Part shown: positions 1 through 9,491 of the stretch, one piece after another
How positions within the stretch are numbered: position 1 is the stretch's first letter
Layout of the letters: every line of letters begins with the position of its first letter
Assembly (NCBI GenBank): GCA_963666925.2
Contig: CAXXTC010000006.1
Span: 32,001 to 96,000 of the forward strand
Direction: 5' to 3'
Length of the DNA stretch: 64,000 bases
Origin: Phycisphaerae bacterium
Lineage (GTDB): Bacteria; Planctomycetota; Phycisphaerae; UBA1845; Fen-1342
Program-made: the position numbers and the translations under genes
The notes under the pieces: generated by a model
Told to the model about the DNA's origin: nothing
The model's database searches: none
What the model saw: the letters and a program-made list of their open reading frames with translations, nothing else

Positions 1-774
1 CTCGCGATCGTCGGTACCGCCGGTGCCGCGACCTACAACCTGCGTTTCTGGCTCGTCCCGGACAACGAGCTCGCGGTTCCCGCGGCCTTTGATCGGACCG
101 CCACGGAGCAGAGCCTCGAAACGACTGACTGGGGCGACCTGTTCACCGAGACGCCCGCTGTCTCTGACGGCTGCGACGACGACCCCGCCGAGGTCCAGGG
201 CTACTACATCTTTGGCCAGTGGATTGACACCAACGTCCCGAAGGGCCGCAAGGTCCAGGGCGCGGCCTTCTGCATCAGCACCACCGACGACCTCCAGGTC
301 AACACCACCTGGTACCAGTTCAGCGGCGCGCCGATCGACGAAGCCACCCGTCGTTGGGAAACCGGCTCGGACTTCGGCAGTGACTGGGGCGATCACACCC
401 AGTGCAAGCTCGTCGGCATCGGCACGACTGGCTGGCTCAACAACACCACCGACTACGACACCGGCGACCTGTTCGTCGAAGGTACCCCCTCTTTCTACGG
501 CCAGAGCACCGCGCTGCTCGGCTACATCGACTATGTCGATGGCTTCGGCTGCATCAACCTCGGCCTGGCCTATGACGGTATCTCGATCTCCGGTAACGAA
601 GCGATGGCCTTCTTCGGCAACGACACCGTCGGTGTTGACGCTGGCGTCGACGACGCTGGTGGCGCTGGCGCCTGCCGTTACGGCCCCGACGGCATCCCCG
701 AGGGTGGCTGGATTCCTGAGCCCGCCAGCCTCCTGCTGCTCGGTCTGGCCGGCTTCTTCCTGCGTCGTCGCTAG
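1..774 (+). CDS. PEP-CTERM sorting-domain protein (5' partial)
   Basis: Frame 1 is open from base 1 (LAIVGTAGAATYNLRFWL...) and ends IPEPASLLLLGLAGFFLRRR-stop: PEP motif, TM segment and basic tail. Missing from the ORF track, which shows only a shadow frame. Confidence 0.92.
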   Translation, partial: LAIVGTAGAATYNLRFWLVPDNELAVPAAFDRTATEQSLETTDWGDLFTETPAVSDGCDDDPAEVQGYYIFGQWIDTNVPKGRKVQGAAFCISTTDDLQVNTTWYQFSGAPIDEATRRWETGSDFGSDWGDHTQCKLVGIGTTGWLNNTTDYDTGDLFVEGTPSFYGQSTALLGYIDYVDGFGCINLGLAYDGISISGNEAMAFFGNDTVGVDAGVDDAGGAGACRYGPDGIPEGGWIPEPASLLLLGLAGFFLRRR

Positions 775-807
775 TCGACAACTCGCAGGTTAGCTGCCTG
801 AGATTTA

Positions 808-844
808 AAGGAGCCGGGTCGAAAGACCCGGCTCCTTCTCTTTT
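808..844 (+). terminator. Rho-independent terminator
   Basis: Perfect stem AAGGAGCCGGGTC-GAAA-GACCCGGCTCCTT followed by CTCTTTT, just after the PEP-CTERM stop. Confidence 0.85.
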
Positions 845-881
845 GGCACATTCACCGCACGCAGCATGCCCCACCACCCAC

Positions 882-1033
882 ACGCCGACTCACATCAAAC
901 CGGGCTCACCCCCCGGACCCTTGAAGCCCGCAACACGGTCGTACAGAAGAAAAGTGGAGCGGGCGTCCCGCCCGCCAAGCCTCGATTTGCCGAACGCAAA
1001 CGGCAAACGAGACGCCGACTCACATCAAACCGG
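882..1033. repeat. 22-bp direct repeat pair flanking a REP-like palindrome
   Basis: ACGCCGACTCACATCAAACCGG at 882-903 and 1012-1033; GTGGAGCGGGCGTCCCGCCCGCC at 954-976 lies between them. Confidence 0.85.
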
Positions 1034-1061
1034 TGCAGCCCCCCTACCCCCCCCGAAGCCG

Positions 1062-1874
1062 CTACCCCAGCGGCTCGGCCAGTTCTGAGATAAACTCCAG
1101 CGCCGCGCGGACGACCTCGTGTGAATCCCCTCCACCACCACCACTGCCGGCCGCCAGCATCCGCCGAACTATCGCACTGCCCACAATCGCCCCGTCGGCC
1201 ACCTGACAGACCTCCGCCACATGCTCCGCGGTCGAGATCCCGAACCCCACGCAGATCGGCTTGCCCGTGGCCGACCGCAGCGACCGCACCTGCTCCGCCA
1301 GGTCCGCCGGCAACGCCCTTCGCTCGCCGGTCACGCCCGCCAACGCCTGATAATACACGAACGGCTCCGACAGCTCGCCGATCTGCCGCCGACGCTGCTC
1401 GTCACTCGTCGGCGCTGCCAGCAACACCAGTGGGCAGCCCACCTGCCGGCCCAGCTCGGCCAGTTCACCCGCCTCCTCCAGCGCCAAGTCCGGCACAATC
1501 AACCCATCAACGCCCGATCGCGTGGCGTACTCGACGAATCGACCCACGCCACGACGGTAGACGATTGAATAGCTGACCATCGCCAACACCGGAACGGCGA
1601 TCTGATCACGGGCCTCTGCGATTGCGTCGAACAACGTCGCCAGCTTGAACCCCGCATCAAGTGCGTGCGAGAATGACGCCTGAATCACCGGCCCATCGGC
1701 GATCGGATCGGAGAAGGGAATGCCGATCTCCACGCACGCACAGCGCTGCGGATCAACACCCGCCAGGATCTCCACCGTCGTGGCGACGCCGGGATAGCCG
1801 CCGGTGATATAGGGCAGGAGTGCCCGGCGCTGATCACGCTTGAGCTCGGCGAAGCATTGGTGCAATCGGGACAT
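1062..1874 (-). CDS. trpA: Tryptophan synthase alpha subunit
   Basis: EIGIPFSDPIADGPVIQ, DGLIVPDL, GVTGER, VGFGIS, ADGAIVGSA motifs. Confidence 0.97.
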   Translation of the reverse strand: MSRLHQCFAELKRDQRRALLPYITGGYPGVATTVEILAGVDPQRCACVEIGIPFSDPIADGPVIQASFSHALDAGFKLATLFDAIAEARDQIAVPVLAMVSYSIVYRRGVGRFVEYATRSGVDGLIVPDLALEEAGELAELGRQVGCPLVLLAAPTSDEQRRRQIGELSEPFVYYQALAGVTGERRALPADLAEQVRSLRSATGKPICVGFGISTAEHVAEVCQVADGAIVGSAIVRRMLAAGSGGGGGDSHEVVRAALEFISELAEPLG

Positions 1875-2158
1875 GGGCGACAGTTTACGCGAAGCGCCTG
1901 CGACTTGCAGTAGCTCCGGAACGCCCTGGATCGCGGAACATTATCGGGCGATTCGACTGTCTCTCGGTAGCCGAACCGATCAGCACTTACGCTCTTGCCC
2001 GCTGAGAACGATAGGACGCATAGGGAGGTGCTGCGCCCGCGGGGTGCGCGCCGCCAGTGCCGTGGTCGAGTTTGATTTTACGGGACCGTCATGAATAAGC
2101 TTCAATGGGTAGGCAGCAAAGCGGACGGGACCGCCAGACTGCAACTGGAGCGGAAGAT

Positions 2159-3566
2159 ATGAGCATGATGAACAGACTGGGTGTCCGGGTCGCGGTCGTC
2201 ACGATCACCCTGATGGGCCTGGCCACCAGCGTACGGGCAGATTGCACCCCCGGCTGGGTCGGTCCGCCCGACATCCTGAGCCTCAGCAGCACGGTGTCAG
2301 CGCTGGCGGTCTACGACGACGGCGATGGCTCCGCGCTCTACGCCGGCGGGGCCTTCACCGCCTCCGGCAGCACCACGCTGAACCGTGTCGCGAAATGGGA
2401 CGGGGCGGCGTGGGTGTCGCTGGGCGGCGGACTCAACGGCTCGGTGAGCGCCCTGGCCGTGTGGGACGACGGCAATGGGCCGGCCCTGTATGCCGGCGGG
2501 CAGTTCACCCAGGCCGGCGGCAGCCCCGCAAGTTACGTCGCCAAGTGGAACGGCACGTCGTGGTCACCGCTCGGCGGCGGCGTCGATGGCGACGTGAACG
2601 CACTCGCCGTGTATGACGACGGCACGGGCAGCGCCCTGTACGCCCGGCGGCGTCTTCACGACCGCGGGCGGCAACCCCGCAAGCCTCATCGCCAAATGGG
2701 ACGGCAACAATTGGTCACCCGTCGGCGCCGGGATCAGCGGTATCGACTTCCCGTTCGTCCGCTGCCTGACTACCTACGATCCCGGCTCCGGATCGCTGCT
2801 CATCGCCGGCGGAACATTCACCACTGCCGGCGGCGCCCCGGCCAACCTCATTGCAGCCTGGGACGGCAGCAACTGGTCACCGCTCGGCAGCGGGCTCAGC
2901 GGCCTGATGCTCGGATATGCTGCCGGCCTGGGCGTGTTCGACGACGGAAACGGACCCGCTCTCTACGCCACCGGCCGCTTCAGCCAGGCTGGCGGCAACT
3001 CCGCTTACTACATAGCCAAATGGGATGGATCCGACTGGGCCGCCCTTGGCAGCGGGTTGGGAGATGCGGGCCGAGCGATGTGTGCGTTTGACGACGGTAG
3101 CGGCGCCGCACTGTACGTCGGCGGTACGTTCACGACCGCGGGCGGCAACCCGGCCAACTACATCGCCAAATGGGACGCCAGCAACTGGTCGGCGCTGGCT
3201 GAAGGCGTCGCCGGAGATACCGCACCCTACGTCCACGCCCTGCTTCCCCACGAGACTGACGCAGGCCCGACACTCGTTGTCGGCGGTTACTTCACCTCGG
3301 CCGGCACTACCGCGGCCGAGCGTATCGCCCTGTGGCGCTGCGACCAGCAGGACCGTCGCGCTGATTCAAACTGTGACGGGTTCGTCAACTTCGACGATAT
3401 CAACTGCTTCGTGCAGGCCATCGTCGATGAGAGCCAGTGGGAGACCTGCGGGCACGAGGCCGGCTGCGAGTATCTTGAAGTCAACGACATCAACCGCGAC
3501 GGCTACGTAACGTTCGACGATATCAACCCCTTCGTAACCTGCCTGGTCGACGGCTGCCCGGATTAG
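2159..3566 (+). CDS. Secreted beta-propeller repeat protein with C-terminal dockerin-like domain; apparent +1 frameshift near 2643
   Basis: Signal peptide; repeated 'DDGxGxALYAGGxFTxAGGxPAxxIAKWDG' units split across ORFs 2105-3091 and 2613-3566 (extra C in TACGCCCGGCGG); C-terminal DSNCDGFVNFDDINCFV / DINRDGYVTFDDINPFV. Confidence 0.85.
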
Positions 3567-3649
3567 TGTGTTTCAGGAATGGTCCGGTATGCCGCTGTTC
3601 TTGAGCAGTGCATTCTCCAGTGTCAGCACTCGGGCCCAACCAACCTGAA

Positions 3650-3721
3650 GTGGGTCGGACGTCTCGGCCGACTTGCTGACTACACCCAAGCCGGGCTTGG
3701 CGGGCGAGACGCCCGCCCCAC
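3650..3721. repeat. REP-like palindrome pair
   Basis: GTGGGTCGGACGTCTCGGCCGAC (3650-3672) and inverted GGCGGGCGAGACGCCCGCCCCAC (3699-3721) between convergent genes. Confidence 0.8.
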
Positions 3722-3753
3722 TTCGGAAGGTGAGGCGACCGCTCTACTTCGAA

Positions 3754-4764
3754 CTATGCACGGCCCGCGTGAGAGCACTGCTCTTCGTACCAGCGCACCG
3801 TCAGCGGCACGCCCTCCGTGTAGCCGACCGTGGCCTGCCAGCCGAGCACGCGCCGCGCCTTCTCCGCCGAGAAATACGACCGCCGCCCCATCAGCCACAC
3901 CGCATAGCGCGTCACGAACGGCGGCTTCTTTGAGCGGAACAGGTGTCCGAGACATTCGAGCACGAAGCCGGCGTTATACGCGAGCCGATATGGCACGTGC
4001 CGCGTGACCCGTCGAGCACCGATCGTATCCGCGAGCAGATCGAAGTATTCCTGCTGCGTGATTTCGCCATCGTTGCTGCAATTGAACGCCTCGCCACAGG
4101 CTTCGGGTTTCTCCGCCGCCAGCAAACACGCCTCGGCGACGTTGCCGGCGTAGACAACGTTCAGCCGATTGTCGCCCGCCCCGAGGATCTTCGCCTTGCC
4201 CTGTTTGATCATGTTGTACAGGCGGGCGATGGTGGTGCGATCGCGCGGGCCGTAGATCCAGGCGGGTCGAATGACGCTGAGCTCGATCCGGCCGGCGCGA
4301 TGGGCGTCCCAGGCGATTCGTTCGGCCGCGACCTTGGACTTGCTGTAATACGCCCAGTGGTAGAGCTGGTAGCCCAGGTCGAAACTCTCGTCGATGAGCT
4401 GATCGCGCGTGTAGTAGCCGTAGGTGCTGATCGAGCTGACGTGCACCAGGCGGCGTGCGCCGGCCGCGACGGCCGCGTCAACCATGTTGCGGGTACCGTC
4501 GATCGTGTAACGCTGGAAGTCCTCCCACGGTCCCCAGTCGCCGACCTTGGCGGCCGAGTGGTGCACAACGTCCACGCCTTCACACGCCGCCCGTAATGAT
4601 GCCGGATCGGTGATATCCCCCTCGGCAAACTCGACGTCCTGTGTTTGCAGCCAACTACGGTCGCTTTGTGGCCTGACCAGCACGCGCACCGGCTGGTTGC
4701 GCCGGCGCAATTGTTCCACGATGTGACTGCCGAGCAGTCCGGTGGCTCCGGTGACGAGATTCAT
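3754..4764 (-). CDS. NAD-dependent epimerase/dehydratase (extended SDR, 3-beta-HSD-like)
   Basis: LVTGATGLLG Rossmann motif, HVSS, YSKSK catalytic YxxxK, IRPAWIYGP. Confidence 0.92.
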   Translation of the reverse strand: MNLVTGATGLLGSHIVEQLRRRNQPVRVLVRPQSDRSWLQTQDVEFAEGDITDPASLRAACEGVDVVHHSAAKVGDWGPWEDFQRYTIDGTRNMVDAAVAAGARRLVHVSSISTYGYYTRDQLIDESFDLGYQLYHWAYYSKSKVAAERIAWDAHRAGRIELSVIRPAWIYGPRDRTTIARLYNMIKQGKAKILGAGDNRLNVVYAGNVAEACLLAAEKPEACGEAFNCSNDGEITQQEYFDLLADTIGARRVTRHVPYRLAYNAGFVLECLGHLFRSKKPPFVTRYAVWLMGRRSYFSAEKARRVLGWQATVGYTEGVPLTVRWYEEQCSHAGRA

Positions 4765-4812
4765 AGCGATGTCCAATCAGGCCGGCCGGCGGGCATTCAC
4801 GGCGCGGCTTGG

Positions 4813-6788
4813 CTAGGGGCGCTGGCGGAGCGCCAGGGCGTGGTCGGCCACCTGGGCCGGCGACAGGCCACAGTATTCGAGAATGCTGTCGGTAGTGCGG
4901 GTGGATTTCGGAATGCGCTGGCAGATCAATGACTCAACCCGCAGGCCGCCGACACGCGCAGCAATTTCTGCGACTTCCGACGCCAACCCGCCGCCGTAAT
5001 TGTCCTCAACGACCAGCGTTCGGCGTCCGGCGCGTTGCAGCACCTCCACCAACGCGTCGGCGTCGCACGGCAGCGAATAGGCATCAACCAGCGTGGCCCG
5101 AATGTTCTGCTCGGCCAGCAGCGTAACCGCCTCGCGGGCCGCGTGCACCATGTAGCCTGCGGTCACAATCGCCAGGTCGTCGCCGGTGCTCAGCACGTGG
5201 AATCCGCCGGGCACAAAACGCGTGTCGGGCGAATAGATCATTGGGACGTCCGGCCGATTGCGTGCGCATGTAACCCATGCCGGGCTGCTGAAGCATGAGC
5301 CGGGTGCAGTGATAGGCCGCGACGGCGTCGGCCGGGTGATAGCACCAGCACAGCGGCTGTTTGCGATCGTCACCGCGCACCCGCGGAGAAACGCGCGGAA
5401 CAGCCCGACGTTCGATCAACCCCATCTGGCTGGGACCGTCGGCGGCCAGCGAGATGCCGCTGTGTGAACCCACCAACTTGATATTCGCGCGCGAGATGCT
5501 GGCCATCTCAACCTGATCGCATCCCCGTGTGAGGAACTTCGCGAACGAATTGGCGACGGGGATTATAGCCGGCTGCCGACAGTCCGGCCGCCACGGAGAT
5601 CATGTTCTGCTCGGCGATCTTGCACTCGACGAAGCGTTCCGGATGCGCTTTTGCAAACAGTTCGGTGAAGGTCGAGTTGCTGACGTCGCCGTCGAGCACG
5701 ACCAGTTGCGGCAACAGCGCGCCGGCCGTGCGCAGGGCCGCCCCATACGCCTTGCGCGTCCCCAGTCTGCCCTTTTCCAAGGCGGCGCCGAAGCCCGCCT
5801 CCTTGAACGCATCAGCCCAGCGCCGGCCACTCGACCGTGTGCGGATCGACTCGCTTAACCGGAACGGCGGCAGGCGGCTTGGGCGGCGAGCCGAGCTTCT
5901 CCGTGTCGGGATAGGCCGCCACAGCCTGATCGAGCGAGGCCATGGCCGCGTCGATCTGGTCGGGCCGGCAGTGGCTTGCCGTGCCAGTTGCCCTTCTGAA
6001 GGGCCCCGACGCCCCAGCCTTTGACCGTGCGGGCGACAATCGCCAGCGGCCGATCGCCTGGCACCAAAACCATCGAGCACGGCCGATATGGCGTCCGGAT
6101 CGTGTCCGTCGATGTCGTGCGTGTCCCAGCCGAAGGCGTTCAGCTTGGCCACGAGGCTCGATCGGCCTGCTGCTGCGGCGAGACCTTACTGGCCTGTCCC
6201 CAGCCATTGGCGCTGAAGATGGCACAGACGTTGTTGAGCTGATGGTCGGGCGATGAAATCGAGTGCTTCCCAGATCTGTCCCTCGCGTGATTCGCCGTCA
6301 CCGATGAGAACGAACACGCGGCGCTGGCTGCCACTCAGTCGGGCTCCCAGGGCCACGCCGGCGCCGACGCTGAGTCCCATTCCGAAGGCTGCCAGTGGCG
6401 GCATCGAAGAAGGGAACGCCCTCGGCAGGGTTGGGGTGGCCATCGAGAACGCTCTCGCGGGCGCGTAACTGGCTCAGGTCGGCTACGGTTAGCGTGTGGG
6501 TTTGCTCCGGGTCTTTACCGACCTTGGCACCCAGATCGGCCCCCCCCCCCCCCAGGAGCGGCGTAGATTATCGGAACCGCGTGTCCCGGCCGACAGCACC
6601 AGACGATCTGCCGACGGCTGCCACGGATCTGCCGGGTCCCAGCGCATTTGCCGGTACATCAGCGCCGATGCCAGGTGTGCCAGTGCCAAACCCGTTGATG
6701 GGTGTCCCGAGCCCGCCTCAGTCGTCATGCGGACCGCCAGCTTGCCCAGCTCGGCCGCCTTATGGTGAATAGCCGCACTCTGCGCCAT
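4813..6788 (-). pseudogene. tkt: Transketolase (single chain), broken by many frameshifts (pseudogene or sequencing errors)
   Basis: Ordered fragments in shifting frames: AGSGHPST, DRLVLS, GDGESREGQIWEA (TPP motif), ARTVKGWG, WHGKP, DGDVSNSTF, IAEQNM, GSHSGISLAADGPSQM, VEDNYGGG. Confidence 0.85.
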
Positions 6789-7027
6789 TAATCTGCTCCC
6801 GGGAAACTCTCTCGCACACGTGTGGAAGACTGAAAGTGCGAGAGTTTAGCTTGCCACCCGTGGGCCAGCAACCCGCCGGGCCAGCGTCCCATCATTGCCA
6901 CACACTCTGGCCCGGGTGGTTGGCGCCACCCACCTTTTTATGCATAATCAGGGGTTCGCGTAGCCTCGATACGCAAGTGGTAAGGATCAGCCGCTCGGCG
7001 GTAGCCTCATAAACACGGATAAGTGAC

Positions 7028-7162
7028 ATGCATTACCCCCATCGCATCAGCAAAATCAAACGCAAGCGCAAGTGTGGCTTCCGCGCCCGGATGCGTACCG
7101 CCGGCGGCCGCAAGATGATGAACCGCAAGCGCCGCCGCGGCCGTAGCGTGAACGTCGCCTAG
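7028..7162 (+). CDS. rpmH: 50S ribosomal protein L34
   Basis: 44 aa, MHYPHRISKIKRKRKCGFRARMRTAGGRKMMNRKRRRGRSVNVA, with the GFRARMxTxxGR signature. Not in the ORF track. Confidence 0.93.
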   Translation: MHYPHRISKIKRKRKCGFRARMRTAGGRKMMNRKRRRGRSVNVA

Positions 7163-7325
7163 CGTAATTCCTCACGCTGCGCGCATCTTCGTGAAAGCTG
7201 CCGTAGACATCCTGCCCACTATTGCATCGCCCCCTGCTCGGCGTCTGCGCTACTTACACGCGCTAACACCAATGTCTGCTACCGGCACATAGGCAGCCAC
7301 GCTCTGCGCCGGTACACTTTCTGCC

Positions 7326-7718
7326 ATGAACGTCATCGCCCACGGCATCGACCTCGTGCACTGCCCGCGCGTCGAGCGCATCTGGCAGGACCATGGCGAG
7401 CGTTTTCTCGACCGCGTCTACACCACTGCCGAGCGCGAGTACTGCCTTGATGCGCGTGACGCCGTAACACGTCTGGCCGGGCGGTTTGCCGCCAAGGAAG
7501 CGGTCATGAAGGTGCTCGGTACGGGCTGGCGCGGGGGTGTGGAATGGACCGACATTGAGACGCTGCCCGACCCCCTGGGCAAGCCGCTGGTCAAGCTGAG
7601 CGGCGCGACCGCCGAGCTGGCTCGGTCACTCAACATCGAGCGTGTGCTATTGTCCATCTCGCACGCCGGCGAGTACGCCATGGCATCAGCGCTGGGGGTT
7701 ACGGACGCGACCGGCTAA
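7326..7718 (+). CDS. acpS: Holo-[acyl-carrier-protein] synthase
   Basis: HGIDLV, LAGRFAAKEAVMKVLGTG, GKP, LSISH motifs. Confidence 0.96.
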   Translation: MNVIAHGIDLVHCPRVERIWQDHGERFLDRVYTTAEREYCLDARDAVTRLAGRFAAKEAVMKVLGTGWRGGVEWTDIETLPDPLGKPLVKLSGATAELARSLNIERVLLSISHAGEYAMASALGVTDATG

Positions 7719-7815
7719 GTCCCCCTGCCGATGGTATCGGTGCCCCCCCGTGCTGCGCAACGGGATGGGGCACTCAACCTTCACAGTGTGGCGCGGGCCA
7801 ATAGCCCGCGATTCG

Positions 7816-7927
7816 CATGGGCGAATTCGCCGTTGGCGAACCTGCCCATGCCACCCCAAATGGGGCACCCGCATGGCCGGCGGGACGCCCCCTCCCACAT
7901 CGAAGTGGGTCGGCCGTCTCGGCCGAC
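7816..7927. repeat. Cluster of REP-like palindromes
   Basis: CATGGGC...GCCCATGCCACCC hairpin (7816-7856), GGCGGGACGCCCCCTCCCAC, and GTGGGTCGGCCGTCTCGGCCGAC (7905-7927), which is nearly identical to 3650-3672. Confidence 0.75.
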
Positions 7928-7952
7928 TGTCGAGGCAGGCCAACTTGCTGAT

Positions 7953-8666
7953 TTATACCGTGACGGGTGTCTTGCGCCGGCGACGGCGCTTTTTGACGAT
8001 GCCAAGCCGGGGGGCGTGCGGCGTGCGTGGCGGCAATTCGTTGGCAGCCTGGAGCACGTCGCGGGGCCGTTCGTGATAGGCATCCGCTCCGACCTCGCGC
8101 CATAGTCCGTCGGCACGTGCGAAGATACCGCCGGTAACTATGACGTTCATGGTCGGGCACACACCGATCTCGCGAATCCGTTCAATCATGCTGCGGGTAG
8201 CCGGCACGACTTCGGGGTCAGCGCCGAAGATGACCAGGACGTTCGGACGCAGTTCACCGACTATGCCGAGCACCTCGTCATCGGGCACGCCGCCGCCCAC
8301 AAACCACACGTCCCACCCGTCGGCCTGGAGCAGGTCGGCGACGAGCTGTGCGCCCAGCTCTTCGTGCGGCGTAGCGGCACAGGCAACCACGGCGCGCCGG
8401 CCACGCGAATCGCTGGTGGGCAAATGGGCCTGCAACTGGTCGGCGACGGTACGGTTAATGCGGCAGGCCATGTGCTCGATGACCGTGTTGATGCGGTCAT
8501 CGCGGTACAGCCGATCGACCTGGGCCATCGCCGGCCAGATCACGTCATGGACCAGCTCTTCCGCAGGCGCCCCACCGTGGAGTGCCTGGGTGACAAGCTG
8601 GAAACACTCGGCCCGACGGCCGGCAAGTAGCGGCTGAAGATAACGAATCAGGAACGGCTCGGGCAT
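7953..8666 (-). CDS. Cobalamin-binding-domain-like protein (B12-binding_2 cap plus B12-binding Rossmann domain)
   Basis: IWPAMAQVDRLY...IEH cap motif; EELGAQLVADLLQADGWDVWFVG; VIVTGG; VGADAY. Confidence 0.8.
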   Translation of the reverse strand: MPEPFLIRYLQPLLAGRRAECFQLVTQALHGGAPAEELVHDVIWPAMAQVDRLYRDDRINTVIEHMACRINRTVADQLQAHLPTSDSRGRRAVVACAATPHEELGAQLVADLLQADGWDVWFVGGGVPDDEVLGIVGELRPNVLVIFGADPEVVPATRSMIERIREIGVCPTMNVIVTGGIFARADGLWREVGADAYHERPRDVLQAANELPPRTPHAPRLGIVKKRRRRRKTPVTV

Positions 8667-8842
8667 GGACGGTGACTCCACAAAGCGCCCGTCGTCGGCT
8701 GCCTCCAGACGCAGCTACCCAGCGGGGTAGCCAACGGGCTCGGACCACGTCGACGCAGCATCCATGCCGCTTTTGATTGGGGTTTGAACGGGGGGCGGAC
8801 ACCGGCCCGTCTACCGCGACCGATGCCTCCAACTGTGGGGGC

Positions 8843-8871
8843 GTATCGGAATCCCTGCCGGCCCGGCTTGA
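8843..8871 (-). promoter_or_regulatory. Putative sigma28/FliA-like promoter
   Basis: Minus strand TCAA-N17-TCCGATAC upstream of the B12-domain gene; the same geometry recurs at 52355-52383. Confidence 0.45.
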
Positions 8872-9190
8872 GGGCAGAAATGCCCCAAAAACCCGCTGGC
8901 AGCAGATGCCCCCCACAGCACGCGGTCCGATAGCGCCGGACGCTTCACACGCGTGGCTTGCGACATTCATTTTCGGAACCCTGCCCTCCGGCCGACAACC
9001 CGCGCCCGCGTTGCCACCAACCGGTCCAGATTCATCCCGGTACATCTTGCGCCACCGGCACCCCCACCGGCTCCTCGACCAGCGCCGGCGCCGGACCCGC
9101 TTGACACCGGGACCGCAGGGTATACCGTACAGGGTCCGCCGCCGGGCCCGATCACATCGACCGTCGCTCCGCGGCACCAGGAGATGCAAT

Positions 9191-9376
9191 ATGCAAGCCA
9201 AGCGGATACGCGTACAGAAGTGGTGTGTCGTCATGTCGACCGGAGGCCTGACACTGGGCATTATCCAGGGATTCTCATTGGTCAATTTCGCCCAGATCTT
9301 CACCTCACTGCTGGCCACCTGGCTGTCGATCATCGTTACCGCGCTGTTCGGCGGAGACGTCAGCTCGTTCCTGTAA
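9191..9376 (+). CDS. Small membrane protein (61 aa)
   Basis: AGGAG RBS then ATG; MQAKRIRVQKWCVVMSTGGLTLGIIQGFSLVNFAQIFTSLLATWLSIIVTALFGG..., hydrophobic. Confidence 0.65.
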   Translation: MQAKRIRVQKWCVVMSTGGLTLGIIQGFSLVNFAQIFTSLLATWLSIIVTALFGGDVSSFL

Positions 9377-9491
9377 TCCGTGCCCTGATCCGCCTGGTCA
9401 TGGATCACCGGCGACCGGCGGCGTCTACCCGGCGAGCGGGTGGCGACAGGCTCACTGGCACTGCCAGACAACCACTCTAGCGGAGAGCACA

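Noticed and set aside
23..793. 256-aa Ser/Thr/Pro/Arg-rich ORF
   Set aside because: Shadow frame of the real PEP-CTERM gene in frame 1.
2613..2660. Programmed frameshifting in the propeller, DinB or glycosyltransferase genes
   Set aside because: No slippery heptamer with a stimulatory structure; single-base indels in short C/G runs fit sequencing error better.
8777..9190. N-terminal extension of the small membrane ORF (199-aa version)
   Set aside because: Low-complexity Pro/Arg sequence; a clear AGGAG RBS supports the ATG at 9191.
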